Shown piece after piece: positions 1-14,631 of a stretch of DNA of 64,000 nucleotides. This DNA is from Leucoraja ocellata (lineage: Eukaryota): the NCBI GenBank assembly GCA_036785375.1, contig JAWMAR010001461.1:186001-250000 (forward strand). The letters are read 5' to 3'. The first letter of the stretch is position 1; every line of letters begins with the position of its first letter. Made by a program: the position numbers and the translations under genes. Under the pieces are notes generated by a model. It saw only the letters and a program-made list of their open reading frames with translations, did no database searches and was not told where the DNA came from.

Positions 1-924
1 ACATAGACACATAGACACATAGACACAGAGACACATAGAGACATAGAGACATAGAGACATAGACACACAGACACACAGACACATAGAGACATAGAGACAT
101 AGAGACATAGAGACATATACACAGAGAGACATAGACACATAGAGACATAGACACATAGAGACATAGAGACATAGAGACACAGACACAGACACATAGACAC
201 ATAGACACATAGACACACAGACACATATACACATAGACACATAGACACACAGACACATATACACATAGACACAGAGACACATAGAGACATAGAGACATAG
301 ACACATAGAGACATAGAGACATAGAGACATAGACATAGAGACNNNNNNNNNNNNNNNNNNNNNNNNNNNNNNNNNNNNNNNNNNNNNNNNNNNNNNNNNN
401 NNNNNNNNNNNNNNNNNNNNNNNNNNNNNNNNNNNNNNNNNNNNNNNNNNNNNNNNNNNNNNNNNNNNNNNNNNNNNNNNNNNNNNNNNNNNNNNNNNNN
501 NNNNNNNNACACATAGACACATAGAAACATTGAGACACATAGACACATAGAGACATAGAGACACATAGACACATAGAGACATAGACACATAGACACATAG
601 ACACATAGAGACATAGACACATAGACACATAGAGACATAGACACATAGACACATAGACACATAGACACATAGAAACATAGAGACACATAGACACATAGAG
701 ACATAGACACATAGAGACATAGAGACATAGACACATAGACACATAGACACATAGACACATAGACACATAGAGACATAGAGACATAGACACATAGAGACAT
801 AGACACATAGACACATAGACACATAGACACATAGACACATAGAGACACATAGACACATAGAGACATAGACACATAGACACATAGACACATAGACACATAG
901 AAACATAGACATAGAAACATAGAA
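1..924. repeat. 8-bp satellite (ACATAGAC/G/A)n, with an N gap
   Basis: Direct tandem repeats, contiguous with a CR1 3' end at ~925. Confidence 0.95.
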
Positions 925-3900
925 AATAGGTGCAGGAGGAGGCCATTCGGCCCTTCGAGCCAGCACGGCCATTCATTGTGATCATGGCTGATCGCCCCCT
1001 ATCAATAACCCGTGCCTGCCTTATCCCCATATCATAGAAACATAGAAACATAGAAATTAGGTGCAGGTGTAGGCCATTCGGCCCTTCGAGCCTGCACCGC
1101 CATTCAATATGATCATGGCTGATCATCCAACTCAGTATCCCGTACCTGCCTTCTCTCCATACCCTCTGATCCCCTTAGCCACAAGGGCCACATCTAACTC
1201 CCTCTTAAATATAGCCAATGAACTGGCCTCAACTACCCTCTGTGGCAGAGAGTTCCAGAGATTCACCACTCTCTGCGTGAAAAAAGTTCTTCTCATCTCG
1301 GTTTTAAAGGATTTCCCCTTTATCCTTAAGCAGTGACCCCTAGTCCTGGACTTCCCTAACATCGGGAACAATCTTCCTGCATCTAGCCTGTGCAACCCCT
1401 TAAGAATTTTGTAAGTTTCTATAAGATCCCCTCTCAATCTTCTAATTTCTAGAGAGTATAAACCAAGTCTATCCAGTCTTTCTTCATAAGACAGTCCTGA
1501 CATCCCAGGAATCAGTCTGGTGAACCGTCTCTGCACTCCCTCTATGGCAATAATGTCCTTCCTCACATTTGGAGACCAAAACTGTACGCAATACTCCAGG
1601 TGTGGTCTCACCAAGACCCTGTACAACTGCAGTAGAACCTCTCTGCTCCTATACTCAAATCCTTTTGCAATGAAAGCTAACATACCATTCGCTTTCTTTA
1701 CTGCCTGCTGCACCTGCATGCCTACCTTCAATGACTGGTGTACCATGACACCCAGGTCTCGCTGCATCTCCCCCTTTCCCAATCGGCCACCATTTAGATA
1801 ATAGTCTGCTTTCCTGTTTTTGCCACCAAAATGGATAACCTCACATTTATCCACATTATACTGCATCTGCCAAACATTTGCCCACTCACCCAGCCTATCC
1901 AAGTCTCCCTGCAGTCTCCTAGCATCCTCCTCACAGCTAACACTGCCCCCCAGCTTAGTGTCATCCGCAAACTTGGAGATATTGCCTTCAATTCCCTCAT
2001 CCAGATCATTAATATATATTGTAAATAGCTGGGGTCCCAGTACTGAGCCTTGCGGTACCCCACTAGTCACTGCCTGCCATTGTGAAAAGGACCCGTTTAC
2101 TCCTACTCTTTGCTTCCTGTTTGCCAGCCAGTTCTCTATCCACATCAATACTGAACCCCCAATGCCTTGTGCTTTAAGTTTGTATACTAATTTCTTATGT
2201 GGGACCTTGTCGAAAGCCTTCTGGAAGTCCAGATACACCACATCCACTGGTTCTCCCCTATCCACGCTACTAGTTACATCCTCGAAAAATTCTATAAGAT
2301 TCGTCAGACATGATTTACCTTTCGTAAATCCATGCTGACTTTGTCCAATGATTTCACCACTTTCCAAATGTGCTGCTATCCCATCTTTAATAACTGGCTC
2401 TAGCAGTTTCCCCACTACCGATGTTAGACTAACTGGTCTGTAATTCCCCATTTTCTCTCTCCCTCCCTTCTTAAAAAGTGGGGTTACGTTTGCTACCCGC
2501 CAATCTTCAGGAACTACTCCAGAATCTAAAGAGTTTTGAAAGATTATTACTATTGCATCCACTATTTCTGGAGCTACTTCCTTAAGTACTCTGGGATGCA
2601 ACCTATCTGGCCCTGGGGATTTATCGGCCTTTAATCCATTCAATTTACCCAACACCACTTCCCGGCTAACCTGGATTTCACTCAATTCCTCCAACTCCTT
2701 TGACCCGCGGTCCCATGCTATTTCCGGCAAATTATTTATGTCTTCCTTAGTGAAGACGGAACCAAAGTAGTTATTCAATTGGTCCGCCATATCCTTGTTC
2801 CCCATGATCAACTCCCCTGTTTCTGACTGCAAGGGACCTACATTTGTTTTAACTAATCTCTTTCTTTTCACATATCTATAAAAACTTTTGCAGTCAGTTT
2901 TTATGTTCCCTGCCAGTTTTCTTTCATAATCTATTTTTCCTTTCCTAATTAAGCCCTTTGTCCTCCTCTGCTGGTCTTTGAATTTCTCCCAGTCCTCCAG
3001 TATGCTGCTTTTTCTGGCTAATTTGTATGCATCATCCTTCGCTTTGATACTATCCCTGATTTCCCTTGTTTCCATGGATGTACTACCTTCCCTGATTTAT
3101 TCTTTTGCCAAACTGGGATGAACAATTTTTGTAGTTCATCCATGCAGTCTTTAAATGTCTTCCATTGCATATCCACCGTCAACCCTTTTTGAATTAATTG
3201 CCAGTCAATCTTGGCCAATTCACGTCTCATACCCTCAAAGTTACCTTTCTTTAAGTTCAGAACCATTGTTTCTGAATTAACAATGTCACTCTCCATCCTA
3301 ATGAAGAACTCAACCATATTATGGTCACTCTTGCCCAAGGGGGCACGTACAACAAGATTGCTAACTAACCCTTCCTCATTACTCAATACTAAGTCTAAAA
3401 TAGCCTGCTCTCTCGTTGGTTCCTCTACATGTTGATTTAGATAACTATCCCGCATACATCTTCCTCAGCACCCCTGCCAATTTGATTCACCCAATCTATA
3501 TGTAGATTGAAGTCACCCATTATAACCGTTTTGCCTTTGTCGCACGCATTTCTAATTTCCTGTTTGATACCATCTCCAACTTCACTACTACTGTTAGGTG
3601 GCCTGTACACAACACCCACCAGCGTTTTCTGCCCCTTAGTGTTGTGCAGCTCTACCCATACCGATTCCACATCCTCCAAACTAATGTCCTTCCTTTCCAT
3701 TGCATTAATCCCCTCTCTAATCAGTAACGCTACCCCACCTCCTTTTCCTTTCTGTCTATCCCTCCTGAATATTGAATATCCCTGGATGTTCAGCTCCCAG
3801 CCTTGGTCACCCTGGAGCCATGTCTCCGTGATCCCAATATCCCTTCACTACACTAGCCCCTGGAGCTTTATCTAACTCTCTCTTAAATCTATCCAGTGAT

Positions 3901-4290
3901 TTGGCATCCATTGCCCTCTGTTGCTAGGAATTCCATAAATTCACAACTCTCTGGGTGAAAATGTTTTTTCTCACCTCAGTCTTAAATGGCCTCCCCTTTA
4001 TTCTAAGACTGTGGCCCCTGGTTCTGAACTCACCCAACATTGGGAACATTTTTCCTGCATCTAGCTTGTCCAGTCCTTTTATAATTTAATATGCTTCTAT
4101 AAGATTCCCCCTCATCCTTCTAAACTCCAATGAATACAAGCCTAGTCTTTCCAATCTTTCCTCATATGACAGTCCCACCATCACAGGGATCAATCACGTG
4201 AACCTACGCTGCACTGCCTCAATCACAAGGATGTTTTTCCTCAAATTAGGAGACCAAAACACACAAGGAACTGCATACGCAGGTTGACAA
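925..4290 (-). mobile_element. CR1 LINE 3' fragment (925-1033 plus 3837-4290) split by a younger CR1
   Basis: CR1 3' UTR (ggccattcggcccttcgagcc) resumes after the insertion; TSD atatc at 1029-1033 and 3837-3841. Confidence 0.8.
1034..3836 (-). mobile_element. 5'-truncated CR1 LINE (HER1-like) with long ORF2 RT (1132-3075) and frameshifted endonuclease part
   Basis: [32 protein letters not shown] and KFADDTK motifs; GDFN and SDHN endonuclease motifs; (CTATGTTT)n tail. Confidence 0.95.
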
Positions 4291-4296
4291 AATAGG

Positions 4297-7200
4297 ACAC
4301 ATAGAAACATAGAGACACATAGACACACAGCCACATAGAGACATAGAAACATAGAAACATAGACACATAGAGACATAGACACATAGAGACATAGACACAT
4401 AGACACATAGACACATAGACACATAGACACATAGAGACATAGAGACACATAGAGACATAGAAACATAGAGACATAGACACATAGAGACATAGACACATAG
4501 ACACATAGAGACATAGAGACATAGAGACATAGACACATAGACACACAGACACATAGACACATAGAGACATAGACACATAGACACATAGACACATAGACAC
4601 ATAGAGACATAGACACATAGAGACATAGACACATAGACACATAGACACAGACACATAGAGACATAGACACATAGAGACATAGACACATAGACACATAGAC
4701 ACATAGAGACATAGAGACACATAGAGACATAGAAACATAGAGACATAGACACATAGACACATAGACACATAGACACATAGACATAGACACATAGACACAT
4801 AGACACATAGACACATAGACACATAGACACATAGAGACATAGACACATAGTCATAGACACATAGACACAGAGACACAAAGAGACATAGACACATAGACAC
4901 ATAGACACATAGACACATAGACACAGAGACACATAGAGACATAGACACATAGAGACATAGACACATAGAGACATAGAGACACATAGACACATAGAGACAT
5001 AGACACATAGAGACATAGACACATAGACACATAGAAACATAGAGACACATAGACACATAGAGACATAGACACATAGAAACATAGAAACATAGAGACATAG
5101 ACACATAGAGACATAGAGACATAGACACATAGACACATAGAGACATAGAGACATAGACACATAGAGACATAGAGACATAGAGACATAGAGACATAGACAT
5201 ATAGACACATAGAGACATAGACACATAGACACATAGAGACATAGACACATAGAGACATAGAAACATAGAAACATAGAGACATAGACACACAGACACACAG
5301 ACACATAGAGACATAGAGACATAGAGACATATAGACATAGACACATAGACACATAGACACAGAGACACATAGAGACATAGAGACAGAGACATAGACACAT
5401 AGAGACATAGAGACATAGACACATAGAGACATAGAGACATAGAGACATAGACACATAGAGACATAGAGACATAGACACATAGAGACATAGACACACAGAC
5501 ACATAGACACATAGACACACAGACACACAGACACATAGACACATAGACACAGACACATAGACACATAGACACACATACACACAGACACATAGACACATAG
5601 ACACATAGAGACATAGAGACATAGACACATAGGCACATAGAGACATAGAGACATAGAGACATAGAGACATAGACACACAGACACACAGACACATAGAAAC
5701 ATAGAGACATAGACACATAGACACAGAAACATAGAAACATAGAAACATAGACATAGACACATAGAAACATAGAGACACATAGACACATAGAGACATAGAC
5801 ACATAGAAACATAGAAACATAGAGACATAGACACATAGAAACATAGCGACACATAGAGACATAGACACATAGACACATAGACACATAGACACATAGAGAC
5901 ATAGACATAGAGACATAGAAACATAGAGACACATAGACACACAGCCACATAGAGACATAGAAACATAGAAACATAGACACATAGAGACATAGACACATAG
6001 AGACATAGACACATAGAGACGTAGACACATAGAAACATAGAAACATAGAAACATAGAGACACATATACACATAGACACATAGACACATAGAAACATTGAG
6101 ACACATAGACACATAGAGACATAGAGACACATAGACACATAGAGACATAGAGACATAGACACATAGACACATAGAAACATAGAAACATAGACATAGACAC
6201 ATAGACACATAGACACATAGAGACATAGACACATAGACACATAGACACATAGACACATAGACACATAGAGACACATAGACACACATACACACAGACACAT
6301 AGACACATAGACACATAGAGACATAGACACATAGACACATAGACACATAGAGACATAGACACATAGACACAGAGACACATAGAGACATAGACACATAGAC
6401 ACATAGACACATAGAGACATAGACACATAGACACATAGACACATAGACACATAGACACATAGACACATAGACACATAGAGACATAGACACATAGACACAT
6501 AGACACATAGACACATAGACACAGAGACACATAGAGACATAGACACATAGAGACATAGACACATAGAGACATAGAGACACATAGACACATACAGACATAG
6601 ACACATAGAGACATAGACACATAGACACATAGACACATAGAGACATAGAGACACATAGAGACATAGAAACATAGAGACATAGACACATAGACACATAGAC
6701 ACATAGAGACATAGACACATAGACACATAGAGACATAGAGACACATAGAGACATAGAAACATAGAGACATAGAAACATAGACACATAGAGACATAGACAC
6801 ATAGACACATAGAGACATAGAGACACATAGAGACATAGAAACATAGACATAGACACATAGACACATAGACACATAGACACATAGAGACATAGAAACATAG
6901 AGACATAGACACATAGACACATAGAAACATAGACATAGACACATAGACACATAGACACATAGACACATAGACACATAGACACATAGACACATAGAGACAT
7001 AGACACATAGACACATAGACACATAGAGACACAGACACATAGACACATAGAGACATAGAGACATAGACACATAGAGACATAGAGACATAGAGACATAGAG
7101 ACATAGACACATAGACACATAGACACATAGACACATAGAGACATAGACACATAGAGACATAGAAACATAGAGACACATAGACACACAGCCACATAGAGAC

Positions 7201-8105
7201 ATAGAAACATAGAAACATAGACACATAGAGACATAGACACATAGAGACATAGACACATAGAGACGTAGACACATAGAAACATAGAAACATAGAAACATAG
7301 AGACACATAGACACATAGACACATAGACACATAGAAACATTGAGACACATAGACACATAGAGACATAGAGACACATAGACACATAGAGACATAGAGACAT
7401 AGACACATAGACACATAGAAACATAGAAACATAGACACAGACACATAGAAACATAGAGACACATAGACACATAGACACATAGAAACATTGAGACACATAG
7501 ACACATAGAGACATAGAGACACATAGACACACATACACACAGACACATAGACACATAGACACATAGAGACATAGAGACATAGACACATAGGCACATAGAG
7601 ACNNNNNNNNNNNNNNNNNNNNNNNNNNNNNNNNNNNNNNNNNNNNNNNNNNNNNNNNNNNNNNNNNNNNNNNNNNNNNNNNNNNNNNNNNNNNNNNNNN
7701 NNNNNNNNNNNNNNNNNNNNNNNNNNNNNNNNNNNNNNNNNNNNNNNNAGACACATAGACACAGAAACATAGAAACATAGAAACATAGACATAGACACAT
7801 AGAAACATAGAGACACATAGACACATAGAGACATAGACACATAGAAACATAGAAACATAGAGACATAGACACATAGAAACATAGCGACACATAGAGACAT
7901 AGACACATAGACACATAGACACATAGACACATAGAGACATAGACACATAGAGACATAGAAACATAGAGACACATAGACACACAGCCACATAGAGACATAG
8001 AAACATAGAAACATAGACACATAGAGACATAGACACATAGAGACATAGACACATAGACACATAGACACATAGACACATAGAGACATACAAACATATAAAC
8101 ATAGA
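4297..8105. repeat. 8-bp satellite array (~3.8 kb, one gap)
   Basis: ACATAGAN tandem repeats with recurrent variant blocks. Confidence 0.95.
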
Positions 8106-8444
8106 AATTAGGTGCAGGAGTAAGCCATTCGGCCCTTCGAGCCTGCACCGCCATTCAATATGATCATGGCTGATCATCCAACTCAGTATCCCGTACCTGC
8201 CTTCTCTCCATACCCCCTGATCCCCTTAACCACAAGGGCTACATCTAACTCCCTCTTAAATATAGCCAATGAACTGGCCTCAACTACCCTCTGTGGCAGA
8301 GAGTTCCAGAGATTCACCACTCTCTGTGTGAAAAAAGTTCTTCTCATCTCGGTTTTAAAGGATTTCCCCCTTATCCTTAAGCTGTGACCCCTTGTCCTGG
8401 ACTTCCCCAACATCGGGAACAATCTTCCTGCATCTAGCCTGTCT
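8106..8444 (-). mobile_element. CR1 3'-end fragment (~340 bp)
   Basis: DRLDAGRLFPMLGKSRTRGH..GYGEKAGTGY* plus 3' UTR; duplicated at 10958-11296. Confidence 0.9.
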
Positions 8445-10957
8445 ACACATAGACACATAGACACATAGACACATAGACACATAGAGACATAGACACATAA
8501 AGACATAGACACATAGAAACACATAGACACATAGACACATAGAGACATAGAGACATAGACACATAGAGACATAGACACATAGACACATAGAGACATAGAG
8601 ACACATAGAGACACATAGAGACATAGACACATAGACACATAGAGACATAGACACATAGACACATAGAGACATAGAGACACATAGAGACATACACACATAG
8701 AGACATAGAGACATAGAGACATAGAAACATAGAGACACATAGACACATAGACACATAGAGACATAGAAACATAGAGACACATAGAAACATAGAAACATAG
8801 ACATAGACACATAGAAACATAGAGACACATAGACACATAGACACATAGAGACACATAGACACACAGCCACATAGAGACATAGAAACATAGAAACATAGAC
8901 ACATAGAGACATAGACACATAGAGACATAGACACATAGAGACGTAGACACATAGAAACATAGAAACATAGAAACATAGAGACACATATACACATAGACAC
9001 ATAGACACATAGAAACATTGAGACACATAGACACATAGAGACATAGAGACACATAGACACATAGAGACATAGAGACATAGACACATAGACACATAGAAAC
9101 ATAGAAACATAGACATAGACACATAGAAACATAGAGACACATAGACACATAGACACATAGAAACACATAGACACACATACACACAGACACATAGACACAT
9201 AGACACATAGAGACATAGACACATAGACACATAGACACATAGAGACATAGACACATAGACACAGAGACACATAGAGACATAGACACATAGACACATAGAC
9301 ACATAGAGACATAGACACATAGACACATAGACACATAGACACATAGACACATAGACACATAGAGACATAGACACATAGACACATAGACACAGAGACACAT
9401 AGAGACATAGACACATAGAGACATAGACACATAGAGACATAGACACATAGACACATACAGACATAGACACATAGAGACATAGACACATAGACACATAGAC
9501 ACATAGAGACATAGAGACACATAAAGACATAGAAACATAGAGACATAGACACATAGACACATAGACACATAGAGACATAGACACATAGACACATAGAGAC
9601 ATAGAGACACATAGAGACATAGAAACATAGAGACATAGAAACATAGACACATAGAGACATAGACACATAGACACATAGAGACATAGAGACACATAGAGAC
9701 ATAGAAACATAGACATAGACACATAGACACATAGACACATAGAGACATAGAAACATAGAGACATAGACACATAGACACATAGAAACATAGACACATAGAC
9801 ACATAGACACATAGACACATAGACACATAGACACATAGACACATAGAGACATAGACACATAGACACATAGACACATAGAGACACAGACACATAGACACAT
9901 AGAGACATAGAGACATAGACACATAGAGACATAGAGACATAGAGACATAGAGACATAGACACATAGACACATAGACACATAGACACATAGAGACATAGAC
10001 ACATAGAGACATAGAAACATAGAGACACATAGACACACAGCCACATAGAGACATAGAAACATAGAAACATAGACACATAGAGACATAGACACATAGAGAC
10101 ATAGACACATAGAGACGTAGACACATAGAAACATAGAAACATAGAAACATAGAGACACATAGACACATAGACACATAGACACATAGAAACATTGAGACAC
10201 ATAGACACATAGAGACATAGAGACACATAGACACATAGAGACATAGAGACATAGACACATAGACACATAGAAACATAGAAACATAGACACAGACACATAG
10301 AAACATAGAGACACATAGACACATAGACACATAGAAACATTGAGACACATAGACACATAGAGACATAGAGACACATAGACACACATACACACAGACACAT
10401 AGACACATAGACACATAGAGACATAGAGACATAGACACATAGGCACATAGAGACATAGAGACATAGAGACATAGACACACAGACACACAGACACATAGAC
10501 ACATAGACACACAGACACACAGACACATAAACACATAGACACACAGACACATAGGGACATAGACACACAGACACACAGACACATAGAAACATAGAGACAT
10601 AGACACATAGACACAGAAACATAGAAACATAGAAACATAGACATAGACACATAGAAACATAGAGACACATAGACACATAGAGACATAGACACATAGAAAC
10701 ATAGAAACATAGAGACATAGACACATAGAAACATAGCGACACATAGAGACATAGACACATAGACACATAGACACATAGACACATAGAGACATAGACACAT
10801 AGAGACATAGAAACATAGAGACACATAGACACACAGCCACATAGAGACATAGAAACATAGAAACATAGACACATAGAGACATAGACACATAGAGACATAG
10901 ACACATAGACACATAGACACATAGACACATAGAGACATACAAACATATAAACATAGA
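8445..10957. repeat. 8-bp satellite array (~2.5 kb)
   Basis: ACATAGAN tandem repeats. Confidence 0.95.
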
Positions 10958-11296
10958 AATTAGGTGCAGGAGTAGGCCATTCGGCCCTTCGAGCCTGCAC
11001 CGCCATTCAATATGATCATGGCTGATCATCCAACTCAGTATCCCGTACCTGCCTTCTCTCCATACCCCCTGATCCCCTTAACCACAAGGGCTACATCTAA
11101 CTCCCTCTTAAATATAGCCAATGAACTGGCCTCAACTACCCTCTGTGGCAGAGAGTTCCAGAGATTCACCACTCTCTGTGTGAAAAAAGTTCTTCTCATC
11201 TCGGTTTTAAAGGATTCCCCCCTTATCCTTAAGCTGTGACCCCTTGTCCTGGACTTCCCCAACATCGGGAACAATCTTCCTGCATCTAGCCTGTCT
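10958..11296 (-). mobile_element. CR1 3'-end fragment, duplicate of 8106-8444
   Basis: Same truncation point and flanks, offset 2852 bp. Confidence 0.9.
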
Positions 11297-12153
11297 ACAC
11301 ATAGACACATAGACACATAGACACATAGACACATAGAGACATAGACACATAAAGACATAGACACATAGAAACACATAGACACATAGACACATAGAGACAT
11401 AGAGACATAGACACATAGAGACATAGACACATAGACACATAGAGACATAGAGACACATAGAGACACATAGAGACATAGACACATAGACACATAGAGACAT
11501 AGACACATAGACACATAGAGACATAGAGACACATAGAGACATAGACACATAGAGACATAGAGACATAGAGACATAGAAACATAGAGACACATAGACACAT
11601 AGAGACATAGAAACATAGAGACACATAGACACATAGACACATAGAGACATAGACACATAGAGACATAGACACATAGAGACATAGAGACACATAGAGACAT
11701 AGACACATAGACACATAGACACATAGACACATAGACACATAGACACATAGACACATAGAGACATAGACACATAGAGACATAGAAACATAGAGACACATAG
11801 AGACATAGAGACATAGACACATAAGCACATAGAGACATAGAGACATAGACACACAGACACATAGAGACCTAGACCCATAGACACATCGANNNNNNNNNNN
11901 NNNNNNNNNNNNNNNNNNNNNNNNNNNNNNNNNNNNNNNNNNNNNNNNNNNNNNNNNNNNNNNNNNNNNNNNNNNNNNNNNNNNNNNNNNNNNNNNNNNN
12001 NNNNNNNNNNNNNNNNNNNNNTCGACACATAGAGACATAGACACATAGAGACATAGACACATAGAGACATAGACACATAGACACATAGAGACATAGACAC
12101 ATAGACACATAGACACATAGAGACATAGACACATAGACACATAGACACATAGA
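11297..12153. repeat. 8-bp satellite array with gap
   Basis: ACATAGAN tandem repeats abutting the CR1 3' end at ~12154. Confidence 0.92.
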
Positions 12154-13760
12154 AAATAGGTGCAGGAGGAGGCCATTCGGCCCTTCGAGCCAGCACCGCC
12201 ATTCACTGTGATCATGGCTGATCGTCCCCAATCAATAACCCGTGCCTGCTTTCTCCCCATATCCCTTGACTCCACTACCCCAGAGCTCTATCTAACTCTC
12301 TCTTAAATCCATCCAGTGACTTGGCCTCCACTGCCCTCTGTGGCAGGGAATTCCACATTCACAACTCTCTGGGTGAAAAAGTTTTTTCTCACCTCAGTAT
12401 TAAATGGCCTCCCCTTTGTTCTAAGACTGTGGTCCCTGGTTTTGGACTTGCCCAACATTGGGAACATTTTTCCTGCATCTAGCTTGTCCAGTCCTTTTAT
12501 AATTTTATATGTTATATAAGAATCCTCATCATCCTTCTAAACTCCAGTGAATACAAGCCTAGTCTTTTCAATCTTTCCTCATATGACAGTCCCACCATCC
12601 CAGGGATCAATCTCGTGAACCTACGCTGCACTGCCTCAATCACAAGAATGTCCTTCCTCAAATTAGGAGACCAAAACTGTACACAATACTCCAGATGTGG
12701 TCTCACCAGAGCCCTATACAACTGCAGAAGAACCTCTTTACTACTATACTGAAACCCTCTTGTTATGAAGGGCAACATTCCATTAGCTTTCTTCACTGCC
12801 TGCTGTACCTGTAAGCCAACTTTCAGTGACCGGTGTACAAGGACACCCAGGTCTCGCTGCACCTCCCCCTTATCTAACCTAACCCCATTGAGATAATAAT
12901 CTGCCCCCTTGTTTTTGCTGCCAAAGTGGATAACCTCACATTTATCTATATTATACTGCATCTGCCACGCATCTGCCCACTTACTCAACCTGTCCAGGTC
13001 ACCCTGCAACCTCCTAACATCCACTTCACAGTTCACACTGCCACCCAGCTTTGTGTCATCCGCAAACTTGCTAGTGTTGCTCCTAATTCCCTCTTCCAAA
13101 TCATGAATATATATATGGTAAACAGTTGCGACCCCAACACCGAGCCTTGCGGCACTCCACTCGCCACTGCCTGCCATTCTGAAAAGGACCCGTTCACTTC
13201 TACTATTTGCTTCTGGTCTGCCAACCAATTTTCTATCCATGTCAACACCCTACCCCCAATACCATGTGTTCTAATTTTGGTCACCAGTCTCCCGTGCGGG
13301 ACCTTATCAAAGGCTTTCTGAAAGTCTAGATACACTACATCCACTGGCACCACTTCATCCATTTTACTTGTCACATCCTCAAAAAATTCCTGAAGATTAG
13401 TCAAGCATGATTTCCCTTTCATAAAACCATGTTGACTTGGACTAATCCTTTTACTGCTATCCAAATGCCCCATTATCACCTCTTTAATAATTGACTCCAG
13501 CATCTTTCCCATCATCGAAGTCAGGCTAACTGGCCTGTATTTCCCCGTTTTCTCTCTCGCTCCTTTCTTGAAAAGTGGGATAACATTAGCGCTGCGCTAC
13601 CTCATAACGCTGCACTCTCTGAATAGCAAGAATGTCCTTCCTCAAATTAGGGGACCAAAACTGTACACAATACTCCAGGTGTGGTCTGACTAGGGCCCTG
13701 TACAACTGCAGAAGGACCTCTTTGTTCCTATACTCAAATCTTCTTGGTAGAAAGGCCATG
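12154..13760 (-). mobile_element. Truncated, frameshifted CR1 (RT part) plus a small CR1 piece
   Basis: ORFs 12512-13240 and 13033-13515 carry RT motifs. Confidence 0.9.
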
Positions 13761-13904
13761 CAAACCTCTTCTCTTGAGCTTGGCAGTCTGAATCTAGTGC
13801 CATAACTATTCATAACTGTGTTCATACTGAATCAGATTTTGACGGTGTGAGACGCGTATTGGCTTTTGATGGTATGATGCGGGAATTTGCTAGGATAAAC
13901 TGAA

Positions 13905-14631
13905 TTCAGGAAGGTCAGAGGGGGCAGACATACCCCCATCCATATAAACGGGACTGAGGTGGAGCGCGTCTCCAACTACAAATTCCTCGGGGTACACATC
14001 TCGGAGGATCTGTCCTGGTCCCTCAACACCTCCAAGCTGGTCAAAAAGGCACAGCAGCGCCTTTACTTCCTGAGGAGGCTCAAGAAAGCTCACCTGTCCC
14101 CCCAGATCCTGACCAACTTTTACCGCTGTACCAGCAAAAGCATCCTGACCACCTGCTTCACGGTATGGTACAGCAGTTGCACCGTAGCGGACAGGAAGGC
14201 ACTACAACGGGTGGTGAAAACCGCGCAGTACATCATCGGTGACCCGCTCCCTGCCATGGATGCCCTCCATCGAAAACGGTGTCTGAGACGGGCCGGGAAG
14301 ATCATCAAAGACCCCTCCCACCCCAACCATGGACTGTTTGCCCTCCTCCCATCAGGGAGGCGGTACAGGAGCCTCAGGTCTCGTACCAGTAGGATGAGGA
14401 ACAGCTTCTACAATAATACCATCACATTGCTGAACTCGGAGTCCCGCCGATAGATTTCTCCAGTCTCTCCGTCCACACCGTTCGATTTCGATTATTGTTT
14501 GATTATTCTGTATTTTTATTTTTATTTCTATATTGCACTATACTATGGACTGACGCTAAACTGCATTTCGTTGTACCCATACTTATAATTGTTGAATGAC
14601 ATTAAAGTTGAATTGAATTGAATTGAATTGA
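13905..14631 (+). mobile_element. Rex1/Babar-like LINE 3' fragment
   Basis: VERVSNYKFLGVHISEDLSW..KKAQQRLYFLRRL..LLPSGRRYRS; (TTGAA)n tail. Confidence 0.85.

Noticed and set aside
4297-12153. Octamer satellite as a switch region or CRISPR-like array
   Set aside because: Poor in AID hotspot motifs, has no unique spacers, and derives from the CR1 tail.
4194-12275. Very long minus-strand ORFs (up to 1302 aa, MCLCVYVS repeats), also at 50500-51730
   Set aside because: An 8-bp satellite with no stop codon on that strand is open in all three frames; not a gene.
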